A DNA stretch of 64,000 nucleotides from Psammoneis japonica (Eukaryota). Positions within the stretch are counted from its first letter, which is position 1. Each line of letters opens with the position of its first letter. Both the position numbers and the translations under genes were made by a program. Below the pieces are notes generated by a model. That model worked only from the letters and a program-made list of their open reading frames with translations, did no database searches and was not told where the DNA came from. The stretch is from assembly GCA_008632985.1 (NCBI GenBank), contig QPGO01000094.1, positions 44,721 through 108,720 on the forward strand. Direction: 5' to 3'. Below are positions 24,285-38,009 of the stretch, piece after piece.

Positions 24285-27200
24285 ATGTCTACTGTAGCAG
24301 CACCGAATCAAAAGAGTGCGGCTGAAGCAGCAAAAGCTTTTGAAGCTGCAGCAGCTGACCTTCGTGTTTGGCACCAGAAAACACGTCTATCATTTGCCTA
24401 TGCTCGTCCGCCAACTGATTCTCCGGCTTCGTGGTGTTGTGAGGGGCGGACGGTGTTGTATGTTGTGGATGAAGCCGATTCACCGAGCTGTTTACCCTGC
24501 CTGCATCTACGAGGAAATTGCAAGGTCACCGAGGTCAAAGTCGAGGCAGTGACGAAGCAGCCGTATTCCGCGACGGATGCTTCTTTGGTGGAGTTACAGG
24601 CTCAGTTTCTTCATGCTGATCCCCTAGCACATGTGTTGGTCAAACCGCCGACGACTTTTGCAGACAATGAAGTCACGACGGGCAGATGTGATGCCGACTC
24701 ACAATTTCATCGAGGAGCCGTCGGGATGACAACGGGGCTGCGAGCTGCAAGCATTGCGAGCAACATGGGTGAACTACGAATTTTTGTTTCGGGATATTCC
24801 GGGACAACTGCACTCAACCGTGATCATGTCAAAAAATGTTGGGAGAAGGATTTGTCTAGTACTCTCGTTTCTGGCGGCGAAGCTGAGGAGGACCTGGCCG
24901 ACCAACTTTTTCAGCGCTCTGAGGATCGAAGAAAAAGCAGGATTTCACTTGTTGCTAATCGACTCGCAGATGCATCCTGTCATAAAGAGACTGATACCAG
25001 TGTTCCACTTTCGAAAGTACGAAGAAAGGCGTTGAAGCTGACTGTCAAATACGAAATCAGACTGGACGATCTCGAATCTCTGCACATGGGGGGCATCCAT
25101 TTTCATTCCAACCCAATTCCAATCGTGTACACCACACGTGGAACTGTGGGAGATCACGAGGGCCCGCGAAGTTGGCTACCTTGTCTGGACTCGGCGTCAG
25201 CTCAGCACCGGGCATCCCATGAGATTGCAGTGAAGGTCTCGGCCCCAATGAAGGAGGGTATTTCGCCAACGGGGTGTGGGGAAGATTTTGGGACGGAATC
25301 GACTCTTCTTCACGACTTGTCGGGCTCTGACGGTGCAAATATAAAGCTTGGGAGCGAGCATGTAAAGTTGGTTCAAAGGTTTGCGCAAGAAATGCGAGAT
25401 AAAGGAAGTGGCGAGCTGCACGTGATTCCTTCAGGAAGATCGGTTGATAATATTATGGCCACCAGCATTTGGTGTTCGAACATATGGACGCCAATTCCCG
25501 CTAGGTCGCTGGGATTTACGATCGCGCCACTAAAGGAGCTGTTGGATCCAGAATACTACAGTGCATCATCCGACGACGACGAGGACGAAAACATGGCCGA
25601 GGGAGATTCACCGTCGGAAGACCAATCGCTTGTAGCAGATGAGGCGAGAGCAAATGGGGAGGGGGTCCGACAAATGTACATCGCACCTATTTACGAACGG
25701 AAATTCATTCATGCAAAGGCAGATACATCTCTCTTACCAAACACAGACATTGTATTAGCTCCGTTGGCACGTCGGCACGTCGAGATGTCGACCCGCATAC
25801 ATCGTACGATCGAAGCCAACACTTCTGGCGTTTCAAATCGTGCTTTGTCACTGATGCGGGATATTCTGGCGCTGCCAACTTATCGAACGGCGTCATACAC
25901 GCAGATTTGGATTCCTGACGCCGTCCATGGCGGGTCCACATGTGGAGCTCTTCACTGTTGTCCCGAAGTTCTTGTGAATCCATTCCTTGGGGGCGCCATT
26001 ATGGACTCAAGGCTGCTGCCACCGGTTGGTGGTTTCCGACTCCCGTACTACAACGGCGGACGATCGCTGCAGTTTGTCCAAGCGCGTTCTGCGGTGAGAG
26101 GCTGGCTTGTTGCTGCTTTGCCACTTGGAGGGCATGATGACGTTGGTTTCGGCTATATTCACACGCTTTTTGAATGCTTCCTCATGAGTCTCTACGAACG
26201 CGCTCATGGGGCACAAGGCGAAGGTATTGTATCGCATACGTTTCTATGGACGTGTTTCGACAAACTCTTACCTCGCCTTTGCTTCTTCTGCGCAGGAGGT
26301 GCAAGTGGGTCTGTCTTTTTCTCGGAGAGATATGCCGTTACGAGTGGCTTAAATAGCAGGAACTTGGACTTCCTACCAGTTCCGAACATTGAAGAAGAGG
26401 AGCTAGAGGTGATTGTTGGTGGCGTGGTTGGTGTCCGCACCGATTGGTGAGCTCCTATTCTTGGAAGCACCTCTTTGCCAGGGATGTCTTATTTACTGAC
26501 CTTTTCTTCTTGTTTCATTTTTAACAATTGAATAGAGGACCGGAACAACGATCAGCTGTGGCGGTCGGCTTCCAATGGAACAGAGTCTCACACGTCCGCG
26601 ATGGATGAATTTGCAGTGAGGCAGGTTCTATGCAAAGATATCTTGGATGCCTTCGAACGCGGCACTGACAGAGACAGAACAGTTCCGTTGCCTGGTTTTG
26701 GGTGGCTGGGATCGCACTTTTCCTTATCATTCTTGTCCAGTAATTCGGCATCTAGCAGCGCGTTGGGCTGCGGGGCATTAGAGTTGGTTCACCCTGTTGG
26801 TGGGCTGGTTTATCGCACAGTAAAGAGCGAAATACTTCGACGCGTGGTTGAAGGAAGGGCAGGCATATCTAACTTTATCCGAGTTATTCGTGCTGCATTT
26901 GTTGCGGCACATATTGAAGATAAAGGAGAGTCCGAATTACGCATGCACAAGGGAATGGACGAAGCACCGAAGGATAAAAAAGAATCGATGCAATCAGAAG
27001 ATGTGTCGCGACAGAATACTTTACCGAGATTTGGACTCTGCGTGGACGAGATCCTTAAGAAGCATGGCTTGACGCACACTCTTTTCACCGTTGTCCTAAG
27101 GAAGCTCGCAGGTCACAGAGAACCGCATCTTCGGGGAACGCTAGTAGACGTGGAACGTGACAACCTAGATGCAAGGACAAATCTGCGAGTCGTCGAGCCA

Positions 27201-30200
27201 GAAGGATTTCCGAACTCGTTCGTTCGTGGCGCTTCGGAACTGTATCTTCGTGTTGGCACTCACGTAGAGCCTGCTGGTGGCGCCGACGGAGGAGGTTCCT
27301 CCCAGACCGCAGCTTCTGCGGCGAAGCGATTTCAGTTGCACGTGTTCGCAGAGCCCATAATTCCAGAAGGTGGCATTGCTTTTGGCGGACCTGTCACATT
27401 AAGAGTGGTAGAGAATGAAGGACAGAATCACTTCGTGGTTCGGGCATTGAAGAGCGACGGCAGCCGCTGTGACTGGGGACCGATTTCTCTTCACACGACC
27501 AAACCTGTAACTACAGCAAGACAGCAGACGGCGGCGAGTGGCACTATTGAAGGGGGGAGTGGTCAAGCGAAGGCTGACGCGAGCCGCGCCGATGGCAGAT
27601 TAGCCGGTGTTAGTAGAGGCTTCAACCGGGATATACTTCATGGCGGAGGCTATCAGGCGATTGAACTGATGCGCCTCACAAATCGCACTCCTCTGCTTTG
27701 GGTGCGCGCTGATCCACAAGGTACGTTGTAGCACCAAGACTATGCTTCTTCACTCCCGAAGTTACACTCTCACTCATCGTTGTATGCTTTCAATCTTTTC
27801 TGGAAGGGCTGTACGGAGGAAGGATTTCTATTTTTCAGCCGGACTCTTGTCTTTCGGAACAGCTCTTTCATGACGGAGACGCTGGCGCTCAGGTTGATGC
27901 CATTCGCGCTCTCGCGGAACGCCCTCTTCGCGTTCAAACTCCTCTTAAAGTGTCTGCAGTTTATGATGTGGATGTCAACAAATTGCCGGTTCTCATTTTG
28001 GGCGACTGTCTTCGGGGTGCGCCAGCTCTCCATAGCTCGCTACCGCACACTCCAGCAGTACGCGCTCAAGCCGCCCTGGCGATAGCCCAATGGCAAAACA
28101 ACAAAGCGCCGATGTCCGCGGGTGCCGTTACGGCAGACTCGTGGATCGGTCTTAACCTTCTCATGCAGTACTTCAACGAGCGATTTTTCAGCGATCGGGT
28201 TTCGGTTCCTGTGAAATTTTCTCGTGTTGTGCTGAAGAAAAGTGAAGAAGAAAGGATTCAAAGTGGACACCAAGCTGAAGGTACCGGAAACAACCCGTCG
28301 AGCGACGACGATGCGTACCAGTACGTGGATGCAATAGTTGACGAGACTGAAAGAGCCGCTGCGTTAGAATCAGCTGAGGCGATTGAAGTTGAGGAGGACG
28401 AAGAGTACCGAGTTCGATCCGCTGTATTGACTGCAATTTCGTCAGTTAGAGCAAAAGATGGCATGACTCCTCCCTCTGTTTTGCGATTTCTCGAGTCAGT
28501 GCTCCTTTCGGAAAATATATCTACTGCCGGGAATGTGCTTTCACCCGATGAAGACGGGATAAATCGTACAAAGCGGCGTGCCGTCCCAGTGAACGACGAA
28601 GAATTCAACGAGAATAACAACAGTGACTCTGAAAGCACTGAGGACGTTTCCGGGATGACATATGTCCCCAGTTTGCTTGTAGCTGACGCATTGCTTGCAT
28701 TGTGCAATGTCAATGTTCGTCCTTCAGTGTATGTCGACCCTGCGACAGGAAAGTCAGTGCAGTCGTCAGCCAATCATCCTGTGCTCCCGCTCATGAAGGT
28801 CACGCGGAAGTGGCTAGAATGGGAGTTGTTCCGCGAATCAATTAGGATAGAAGAGGAACTTGAGACTGTGACGGGGATCGGCGGTGGCTGTTATGCCCCT
28901 ATCGCGGCGAGCGCTATTACATCATTGTCTTCCATGGCCATTCTCCGACAGAGTACGATGGATCCTCCAGACGAACCCGCCACGTCCGCCGCTACCTCGA
29001 GTAAAGGCAACGACCCCCCCGCTCCGGGTGGATCCAAACGTAAATCAACAGACTCGGATACAAGCAGTTTGATCGATGAAGTGAGTTTCCGTAAGACTGG
29101 CCGGAATTTTTTACACGAAACCTTCTAATTGACGCGTCCTTTTTGACCTTATTCCTATTTTTCAGGCGACATCGCAGTTTTACATGAAGATATTCGATGA
29201 AGAGCCACGAAGATCAGATATCACGAGAGCTGGTGAGTGACAAAAAGCAAAAAGTATCAGTAACTTCGTGCGAGCATTTCGCGTCTTTCTTTTTCCCCTG
29301 GACGTTCCGATTCTCACGACAAACGTTGTGGAACTTGTTGGTACCGGTAGCTTGCGCTCAGGCCGTAGCTTGCATATGTTGTGCAGCGGATAGGCTCGAA
29401 GACGTGTCAAAGGAACCTCTGGGACTTCTTTCTGCCCTGGAATTTTTGCTCGAGAGAATATTGGGTACGTCGACGTGTGATGCAATGTTCTTTCAATCGT
29501 ATAAGTTTTCATCTCATTCTTCTCCCCCCCAGATAACCGCAATTCTCCTGGATTGAGGCAGACTTTGGCGCTTCTTATGGTAGACTCCTGCACTGGAAAA
29601 GTCTGTTCAATGCAGAGAACTGGAACTATTGGGGGGCGCTCCGACTTGTGCGCTTCAGGTGCTCGGTTCATGGCAGGTCCATTGGGAGTGAGTCACGGAG
29701 GTGACAACGGGAGTGCCTTGATAACAACGGTATCGGAAACGTCCCATCCAGCCGCTAATGCCGTTAATGATGGAGCAAGACGTGGGCTCCGCCTGATTAC
29801 GCGGGCCGGGCATTCTCATGATGCTGACGGACGAGATCAGATCGTCGTTCGCGTAGCGAAATTCGCGACGTTGCTCTGGAGGACCATCAACGGTGACAGT
29901 CCACGCGAATCGCCGGATTCTATGCTTGAAGAACTGAATGGCATATGCTCATTTGATAGCACTTTGCGCTGCACTCTCTTGTCTCTTTGGCAGTGGATCT
30001 GGCCCAAAGGATGCTTTGCGGTTCTTCGAGTCCAGTCGTGGATTTCATTAGAGGGCACTTCACGGGAGAATCTTGGGTGCGAACATGTCTTGAAGACTAC
30101 TGACATGGAAAAGGCAGCAGCACAGGTGGAAGAAGCGTCGCTTAACGAGCTCAACAAAGCAGTGACGACAGAAATTGATCGACAACTCTGGCGGGGAGAG

Positions 30201-30419
30201 ATGGCAATGTCGGCGTGGAGGCAGTACAAGGCTGAGAAGAGAGGAACATCCGTAGCGAAGGAGACTGATGTCGGCTACCCACTTCCTCCGGTACAACGGA
30301 ATGCTGCATTTAAACAAGGCGGTTGGATCGCATCTGCCGCGCAGCAAAGACGTGCCATGAATATGGACGGTGGTTCAGCAGTAAGGAAGATTAGACTGAC
30401 TGTGAAAGGTAGTGGTTAA
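24285..30419 (+). CDS. TFIID subunit 2 (TAF2)-like large protein, multi-exon
   Basis: M1-aminopeptidase-like segment (GPRSWLPCLD), LLWVRADP, then QLFHDGDAGAQVDAIRAL and VRAQAALAIA, matching the TAF2 layout. Same-strand ORFs are joined by GT-AG introns. Confidence 0.68.
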
Positions 30420-30485
30420 ATCACGAAGTAGCATCGGCATAATTGTTTTGGTGTGAGTCGCGGCGCAAGTGTTGCAATCTACGAT

Positions 30486-32204
30486 TCACGAAGACGCAGC
30501 GGTCGAAGAGCCTTCGGTTGCCCGCAGCCTTGCTGCCCTCTTCGCTTCTCTATTCGCCTTTCTCTTCTGCTTCCTCGCCAGGGCCTTCTGTTCGTAGCCG
30601 GGTTTCTGCTTGGCCAACTCTGCGAGCTTATCGCGAATATTGGCACACTTTTCTGCACTTTCCGGCCCATTTACCCAACAAGTTGAAAGATACTGCTCAT
30701 GCTTTGTTGCATCATATTCCTTTATCTTTTTCATTGTGACCATTCTTCGACCAAGTTCCAGTGACAGTGGCTGGTAGCAAACATGCACCAAATCAAGGCA
30801 TTCGTGCTGAGGAAGATCTGTCGCTTCGTCAAAGTCAGACATGGATGGGATTATGTACACTAATCTTCCTCCAATTACAAGAGTTCGCGCCGCCACGTCC
30901 AAAAGATCTGACATGACATCGGATACCACGTAAGGTTTCGTCTGTGCAATGTGGTCGTGCCGATTTTCTTCCAGTACAGGTCGCGGGTTTTCGCGTTTGG
31001 ATCCCGACTTTCTTGCCCCGGCGCGAACACCGTATGGCGGATCACAAACAATTGCATCGTAGAGAGGGACATCTGTGCGATAGTGACGATGATAGATTGC
31101 GTTGTCGCTTCGGACAATTTCCGGGGGCAGCAAGTTGAACTGTTGGAAGTTGCTCACAATATTTTGATTTTCCCCGCGACCACGCAGCACACGAATGTCA
31201 ATATCAGTGCCGAAACAGAAGCCTCCTTTCAATGCACAGGTCAACAAGATTGACCCGGTTCCAACAAAGGGATCAAAGCAAAAGGATCCCTTGCGCACTT
31301 GTCCCAGATTGGTCATGATCAAGCTCAATTCAGCGTCCATGCTGGTCGGACCCAGATATGCGCGTTTCTTCAAGCTGTACTGGTCTATATTTCCCCGTCC
31401 TTTGAGACTTCTAACACCACCCAGGACTCTTCCAAAATAGACACCCAACGGAGGTCGTGCATCGTTTTCTGTTATTAAGACCTTGTTGAGGCCACGGCGA
31501 GGATACTTTGGAGCTCCCATGTTGTTCAATTCAATCTCTCTTATGAGAATGAGCTCGTTTGATTCCTTCATTCGTACATTTCCTTTGAAGCCGAGATTCG
31601 AAAACTTGCCACGCATATGTTGCTGCTCTTCACGAGTAAATGTAGATCCCAGTGTGTGAATTGTAATCTTCCATGGATGCGATTCTTTGAACCGCTCAAA
31701 TAATTCCCGTCCAATGGTACAATTGGTTACGCACTCAGACGTGGCCGAGGCGCATGAATCAATTGTTGTTCCCACGCCCCACAGCTCTACAACACTTCGG
31801 ATTAACGTGCATCGAGAGAGAACATCGAATATATTGGGAAGAGAAGCAACATGGGAAGAAGAAGTTCTTCTCTCGTGTTGCTGCGCGTCCGCTGTTTCGC
31901 CTTCCGAGATTAGGTCGTCGAGCAGAAAGAGTCTTGATATTGCATCGCTAGGAAACGACAGAATAAGAAATGGTCTGTGGGGACTCTGTGAATTGGTTTC
32001 TGCATCGCTGACTGACGTAGCCGCATGTTCCGACCGTTCAACGAACACTTCGTTGGGAAGAGGAAGCACCGTGCAGGCCTTATTCAGCTCGTGCATCTCG
32101 AGAACCGATTCCAACTCGGCCCTCTGAAAATCGAGATGCTTGTGGGCAAACTCGACCAAGAGATTGTATCGATCAGACCTGAACGTGGCGTCGCGTTGGA
32201 GCAT
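30486..32204 (-). CDS. TRMT11: tRNA (guanine10-N2)-methyltransferase
   Basis: YSLKKRAYLGPTSMDAELS, DPFVGTGS, GTDID and IVCDPPYGVR. Confidence 0.92.
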   Translation of the reverse strand: MLQRDATFRSDRYNLLVEFAHKHLDFQRAELESVLEMHELNKACTVLPLPNEVFVERSEHAATSVSDAETNSQSPHRPFLILSFPSDAISRLFLLDDLISEGETADAQQHERRTSSSHVASLPNIFDVLSRCTLIRSVVELWGVGTTIDSCASATSECVTNCTIGRELFERFKESHPWKITIHTLGSTFTREEQQHMRGKFSNLGFKGNVRMKESNELILIREIELNNMGAPKYPRRGLNKVLITENDARPPLGVYFGRVLGGVRSLKGRGNIDQYSLKKRAYLGPTSMDAELSLIMTNLGQVRKGSFCFDPFVGTGSILLTCALKGGFCFGTDIDIRVLRGRGENQNIVSNFQQFNLLPPEIVRSDNAIYHRHYRTDVPLYDAIVCDPPYGVRAGARKSGSKRENPRPVLEENRHDHIAQTKPYVVSDVMSDLLDVAARTLVIGGRLVYIIPSMSDFDEATDLPQHECLDLVHVCYQPLSLELGRRMVTMKKIKEYDATKHEQYLSTCWVNGPESAEKCANIRDKLAELAKQKPGYEQKALARKQKRKANREAKRAARLRATEGSSTAASS

Positions 32205-32390
32205 GGTGACAGAGGATGATCACGGATGAAAATTCTAGTAGAACGAGAGTGATGGCGTTGGTGATGTCGATAGGAAGCTGACGAATATAAGAGTCGTGGA
32301 GAGGCGCGGTGGCAACGGGTATGGCCATTGGCAATACGTACGGTATCTCTATTTCTGGTTCATGGTGTTCCACGAAAAAGTGCCAAGTTG

Positions 32391-32421
<31 letters not shown>

Positions 32422-32449
32422 ACAGACGCAATTTTTTTTTTTTTTTTTT
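32391..32449. repeat. (CA)14 microsatellite followed by a poly-T tract
   Basis: Read directly from the sequence. Confidence 0.95.
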
Positions 32450-33229
32450 CAGAACAACATCGTCGCTATGCAACAGTCTGCGTCTCTTTTTTCATCCACC
32501 AAGCCACGCCTAGAGACATACAGGCTTGATAAGGCTATAACGCGAAAGAGCGAATAACGTTCGTACTACTAACGAGAATTGGCGAAAATTGACGCGCAAA
32601 ACGTTGTTTTGTTCCTGTGAAATCGAGAAAGGTTGTTTGTTTGTACCAAATACCTCTTTCCCCAAACGTTACCCGCTGTCTAACAATCGCCTTTTGTGTC
32701 TCGAATAACGCCGTGTACTTGATATTGTTGAAAACAATGGGCTGCAAATAATATTCAGCAACCTACCGAGGGCATATTTTGTCGCGGAAATCATCTACTC
32801 AGTGAAAGAGTAATCAGAACGGACTATGGCTTAGGGAAATCAGCAAAGAAACACTATCAAGATTGACCCAACGGTTCGGCGTTACAATCGCCGTGGTTTT
32901 CAACAGGCTATTCGTTTATTCTAATCGGATTGCGTTCAGACATTGTCAAAGTCGGAACTGGCGCGAAAACCCAGCTCTCCAACCTGTGTAAGCAAGCAAG
33001 CGATCTCTATCTTCCTCGGGACACCCACGATCCTTCGACATGTCGAAGATATTTCAATCATTGTCTTCAGTATGGTGAGACTCCTGCTGAAACTGATCGT
33101 TGGATGACAAGATCTTATACAGGGCACAAGCGATACTTCGTAGTCGAAGGATCTCGAGGAATTTGAAATTTTTTTGAACAGGGACGTACCCGTACTGTAT
33201 GTACCGTACAGAAAACTCCAGCCGATGAC

Positions 33230-33976
33230 AAAGTGAAAAGGAGCATCGCTGGAATTCATCACACCGACACCAGAGGAGACTCCTGACCTAGTCGAAGGAA
33301 AACAGAAAGAGTTTGAAAAAGAATTAACCGCATCCCGGCTAAAACTTGCGTTTCTTCGATGCGAAGTACGTATTCAATGTCGAGGCGGCGGTCGCTCGTT
33401 TCGTCCTGTACTGGGACAGGCGCATTGAATTGTTTGGAAAAGAGAAAGCCTTTCTACCACTTACACTCGATGGGGCACTAAAGAATGACCATGTTGCACT
33501 TGCCGAAGGTCGAGCTCTTGATCGTCTGACGGGCCACAAGGACAGGGACGGCAGAGCGATTCTCTTTGGAGAGTTCACAACCGGCGACAACGGCAAGTAC
33601 GAGCGAAGAAGCTTGGCGAGAGCCTTCTGGTACATGGTCCATGCGGCACTTGAAGACGAGGACTCGCAGAAGTGTGGGGTGGTGGGACTTTTCAATACTG
33701 TGCACAACTTATCTCAGTGGGACCGGTTGGCCACCAAGTCGATGGCATATTATTGTAGAGGCGTTTTTGTGTTGTTATGTGAAGACGACGAAACTGTTTC
33801 TCGGCCCAAAGTTAAGGAAGAGTCTTTATGTACACAAAGGAACGAACGAGAAAGTCATCGAAACACTTGCAACGTATGGCATCAGTAACGACGCTTTGCC
33901 CACCATGCGGGGTGGCAACCTTGTTTTGGACCATTCAAAGTGGCTCAACGAGAGACGCGAAACTCAAAAGAGGTGA
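33230..33976 (+). pseudogene. CRAL-TRIO/SEC14-like lipid-binding protein pseudogene, copy 1
   Basis: AFLRCE / FNVEAAVARFVLYWDRRIELFG / KDRDGRAIL / WYMVH / LPTMRGG are spread over shifted frames. Has an internal deletion relative to the copy at 57057-57763. Confidence 0.7.
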
Positions 33977-34199
33977 AGTTGACGAATGTTGCTGCCTTGG
34001 ACCGTATCGAGATTCGTCGCCGTCGACAGTGAAAAACACAGGAAGGCTACTTCGTCCGATGATCCTACTTTTTGAAGAGAACAGGGTCTAGAATATACCT
34101 TTTTTCTACGCTGATCAACACATTGGGGCGTGTGTTTTTCTTGGTATTGGTACGATGTCCTGAGCGCGTGCTGATATGTTCAAGTTATCAAAAGGTGTT

Positions 34200-35053
34200 G
34201 CCGTCAGAATGTCCAGCAGACGGGAGGACCGTGCTGGTCCACCGCTGCTGTCACTTCGTGTTCTGCCTGACAAGATGATTCTTCAGAACCTTCCTTCAGT
34301 CTTGGTTGCCGACGGCACCCCACAAGGAGAGTTTGTACTGGGCATGCACTCTGTGCCCGGAGGGAAACAAACCACATCGCTAGCCTTGTTATGGCAACAG
34401 TTGTAGCATGCGACAAGAGTGATGGAAAGATGGTGACAGCAGAAGCGTTGTTCCAGAGAATGACGGCGTCCTGCATAATTCCTCTTGTGCTTGACACCAC
34501 TTTATGCGTGCTACGGGAGAGTAGTGACTCTAGGAAGAGTGTGTCAGAGGTAATTGTGCGCTCTACGTCAATTCATTTGATTTCGAGAGGAAAGTCTCAT
34601 TATTATGTCTTCTGTATTGTGAATGCAGGTACTATCGACTGTAAGCACGCCAGGGCGAGGATGGGCTTTCGGTAGTAGAATTCTTCTATCCTTAATTTCT
34701 TTGATCGGATACTTCTTGATCCACCTTGTAGCGCATTGGGGCTACGAACGAAACTGAAGATAGAACAATTCAGATGGAAAAGTATAGAAACGCATTCAAA
34801 CTACCAAACGCGTTTTGTGAGGGAAGCTGTCTCATTGCGAAAGCAGGGAGTGACTCTAACCTACAGCATATGCACAAAAAACACTTTGGAGAACGAAGAA
34901 ATGGTACGGCATATTTTGGATGAATATCTTTTTACGAATCTTTTCTTAATCGAGTCTGGCGTGTGCCTACCCGGACTCCAAAGGGCCGGACTCCAAAGGG
35001 CAGGACTCAACGGCGTTGAAAGAGCGATGGTGCGGAGGTTTGAGTCCAAGTAG
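34200..35053 (+). pseudogene. Fragmented NOL1/NOP2/Sun (NSUN6-like) RNA m5C methyltransferase
   Basis: LQNLPS, degenerate VLGMHSVPGGK (for VLDMCAAPGGK), VVACDKS and LTYSICT...ENEEMV, in broken frames. Confidence 0.65.
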
Positions 35054-35854
35054 TGACGAGGCGGCAGACCCCATGGGATTTTTTCGTCGCCAAGTCCCGC
35101 AAGACCTGACTTCCTTGCCTTGACAATGCTTCGCGTCGAGAGGCTTCTTCGGAGACTATCTTCTAAAGTGCACAGGCGACATGAAGCCGCACTGCCAAGG
35201 AAAAGTCTGTTTACATATTTCTCTAGCTAGGAAAAGTTGTGAAGTGATCTGCAACAAGCCAATAAGAATGAAGTGGGAGGGAGAGACTCGAGATCGCCGA
35301 GAGACTAGGCCTAGCATTTTTGGGGGCTGCTTCATTTACTGCCAAGGATGCGGCACTCTTCCCAAGAGAATGTGTCCGTATGTCGTTCAGATGATGCCTC
35401 ATTGTTTGTTGTAATAAAGGTGCACGATGCTGGCCTATCTAAACCTTCTCCGCCAGAGAGTAAAGATCCTCCCTTCGCTCTTCCGACTTCCGAAGCTAGA
35501 GTCATTGGATGCATTTTGTAGAAGGTCTAGAGAGGAGAGGTGTGCATCCGCCTGACGAGCAAGGAGTGTAGGTAAACGTTATCAAATCTCTTACACTCTC
35601 TTTACTGTCTCTAGAGAGAGCTGTACTCTCTTGATAGTGTTAGCAGTAGGGTAGGGAGTAGCAAGCAAGTCTTCTGGCTCCAGTGTAGTGTTGCTGGGTG
35701 CCCGGGGCTGCAGAAGTAGCTCTACCCTTAGGAGTACGAGCACGGTAGCTACGGTAGCTAGAGAGAGCAGGTGGGTTTGGCACCACGACTAAACGGCACA
35801 AAGTGCTGGATTTCTAAAGGTGCTAAGTACAGCATTATGGTGGAAACAACCCTT

Positions 35855-37541
35855 CTATTCCACCTGCCCCTGAAGGATGGTGGAACAAATCTTGGCACGG
35901 CCAAAGTTCCCGGACGCACCTAGAATCTTGTCCTGGTCAAAGTGTCCTTCGCGGACATCATACCCCAACGACAAAAAGTAGGCATACATGCAGACGAATA
36001 CACCGCAATCAAATCCATTGTGCTGCTTGGGGATGTCACGACTCTCTACAATAGACCAGTCGGACGGGAGTTTCTCGTCATTGTGCTGGAGACGATGTTC
36101 CTGCTCGAGGAACTCCAACAACTTCTTGGCGTACGACTTGCATGGACATCCGCACGAATCGTACCCTGCGACTACGTGAGCTTCGAAATCAACAACCAAC
36201 AGAGCCCAGTGGACATTGCTTTTGTTGATTGGGACCAACAGGCGGTCATATTCAAACACCCCCTTGCCCGGCAGTTTCTTCAGTTGACGACGCACTTTGA
36301 TGTTCTTGACGGACCCGTCCTCTACAAGCTTTGGCAAAAAGTATGAGTTGACGAAGTGGCATTTCTTGGGAACCTCGGCACCGTGCTTTTTTGCACGCAT
36401 GGACAGCAGACGGAAAAAATCAGCAATGATGATGTCGTTGAGATATTCTCCGGCTTTCAAGGTGGCAAGGTCTTTCGCGCATACAAATGGGGCAACAAGA
36501 AGTGTTTCATCAGCAGCAGCTGCTGCTGAGTGTTGCAAATACTGGCGATACTCGTCGTCTGGGATGCCTGCATCCAACAACGCACCAAGTTCATTGGCAG
36601 TCGGGTCCGGATCCGGTTCCACTGCGGCGGGAGCTTCCTTGTCAACATCCTTCTTGCCCTCCACTGTGACGGGAGTGTCCCGCTTGCTCTCGAGGATTTT
36701 CAAACGAGCCCCAAGCTCGTCGACCGTTGACTCCAAGAAATCCAAATCAAGACGACTCAGAATCTCAGCGATTTTTTTATCCTGTGCATCGGCACGATCG
36801 TCAAGGGCCTGCAAGAGCATTGCCTGCTCATCAAGACTCGCCTGATGTCCTGTCGTAGTGTTCAACATCATTCTAATCATCTCTTCGTGCCGGTCCAAAC
36901 AGGCGGCATGGGTGGAAAGATTAGGCCGGCCGGTGCCTTTGCCAAAAACATTGGAGTACGCCATCAGAGCGTCCAGCAGTTTGTTCAGGTTCCAAGTGTG
37001 CGTCATCTTCTTTCCGACATCTGCACCAAACAATGGCAAACGTGTCAGTAATGTGGCAAATGTCTCAGCATACAAAAAAGGATGACACTTGTGTCACAAA
37101 AGTTTACATACCAAATTGTTTCGAAATCACAGAGTAAAAGAACTTTGACAAAGCCGTCTCGGCTGTGGGGGAAAGCTTGCCCTTGTTCTTGGACTTCTTT
37201 GCATGGAACTCTTTCAAAGTGCTAAGGAGCTCCTTATTTTCCGCAGAAACAACAGCCTTGAAGATGTGAAGCTTGGCTCGCTCTTGGTCGATGGGGCTGT
37301 CATTGGCCAAGGTCCACTTGCGCACTCCACCGTGTGCAAAGTAGACTTGCTTCGTTTCAGGGTCCACAGCATGGCCACACTTGAAGGTGGCGGGAAAATA
37401 ATCAACCTTATTTCCATTCTCATCCAACAGGGGGGCGGCAAAATAGGAATAGGCTGTCTGCGACGCCAGCTTCTTCTTGGGTAGGGCCCTATCTTTTTCA
37501 AACGGTCCTCGGCTTCCTTTTTCTGAGCCTCCTCACTTTCG
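35855..37541 (-). pseudogene. Ulp1/SENP-like (C48) protease gene, 3' part, disrupted by the Copia insertion
   Basis: YLNDIIIADF, VPINKSNVHWAL, YDS and QHNGFDCGVF catalytic motifs. GT-AG intron at ~37111-37021, frameshift near 37485. The frame continues beyond the element at 44821-44897. Confidence 0.8.
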
Positions 37542-37830
37542 AGTCACGAGTCAACAACCGAGTCTGATTCACGGATGACGCTCCCGGTCATGGATCTCTT
37601 CTTCCGGAAGAAATGTCCGTTGAGTCTTATAGCGATAGTAATCGGAGTGACACACACGACCGTTAGGTCATAATGTCATCTCCAATCCCTCGTGAGATCT
37701 TCTCACAATTCGTATCTTTAGCGTGTCTTATTGTCCCAAAACCCACTTCTTATCATCCTCTGTTGTATTGTACAACCTCAAGAGAGTCCTGAACTCTCCA
37801 TCCTACACAGTGTGTTGTTGTATCCCAAGT
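37542..37830 (+). repeat. 5' LTR (289 bp)
   Basis: Ungapped match to 44527-44815 with 10 mismatches. Confidence 0.96.
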
Positions 37831-37842
37831 GGTTATGACCCC
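37831..37842 (+). promoter_or_regulatory. Primer binding site, half-tRNA-Met type
   Basis: GGTTATGACCCC lies immediately after the LTR and resembles the GGTTATGGGCCC PBS of Drosophila copia. Confidence 0.65.
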
Positions 37843-38009
37843 AATCCACGCACCGGTGTCAACTCGCAACGGAGTTGCTGCCACTCGTTCGTCTCGTTAC
37901 AGACGACATCCCATCCAACGGCGATCTTCCGTGTCGCAATCCAACGGCGATCATCTATATCGCAATCCCTGCCTACTAATCGATCCTCTATGTCGAATCA
38001 TCCACAACC

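Noticed and set aside
30486..35053. TRMT11 or the NSUN-like fragment as the mutator enzyme
   Set aside because: They are ordinary RNA methyltransferases, one of them broken. No deaminase (HxE...PCxxC) or DNA-modifying gene was recognised in the window.
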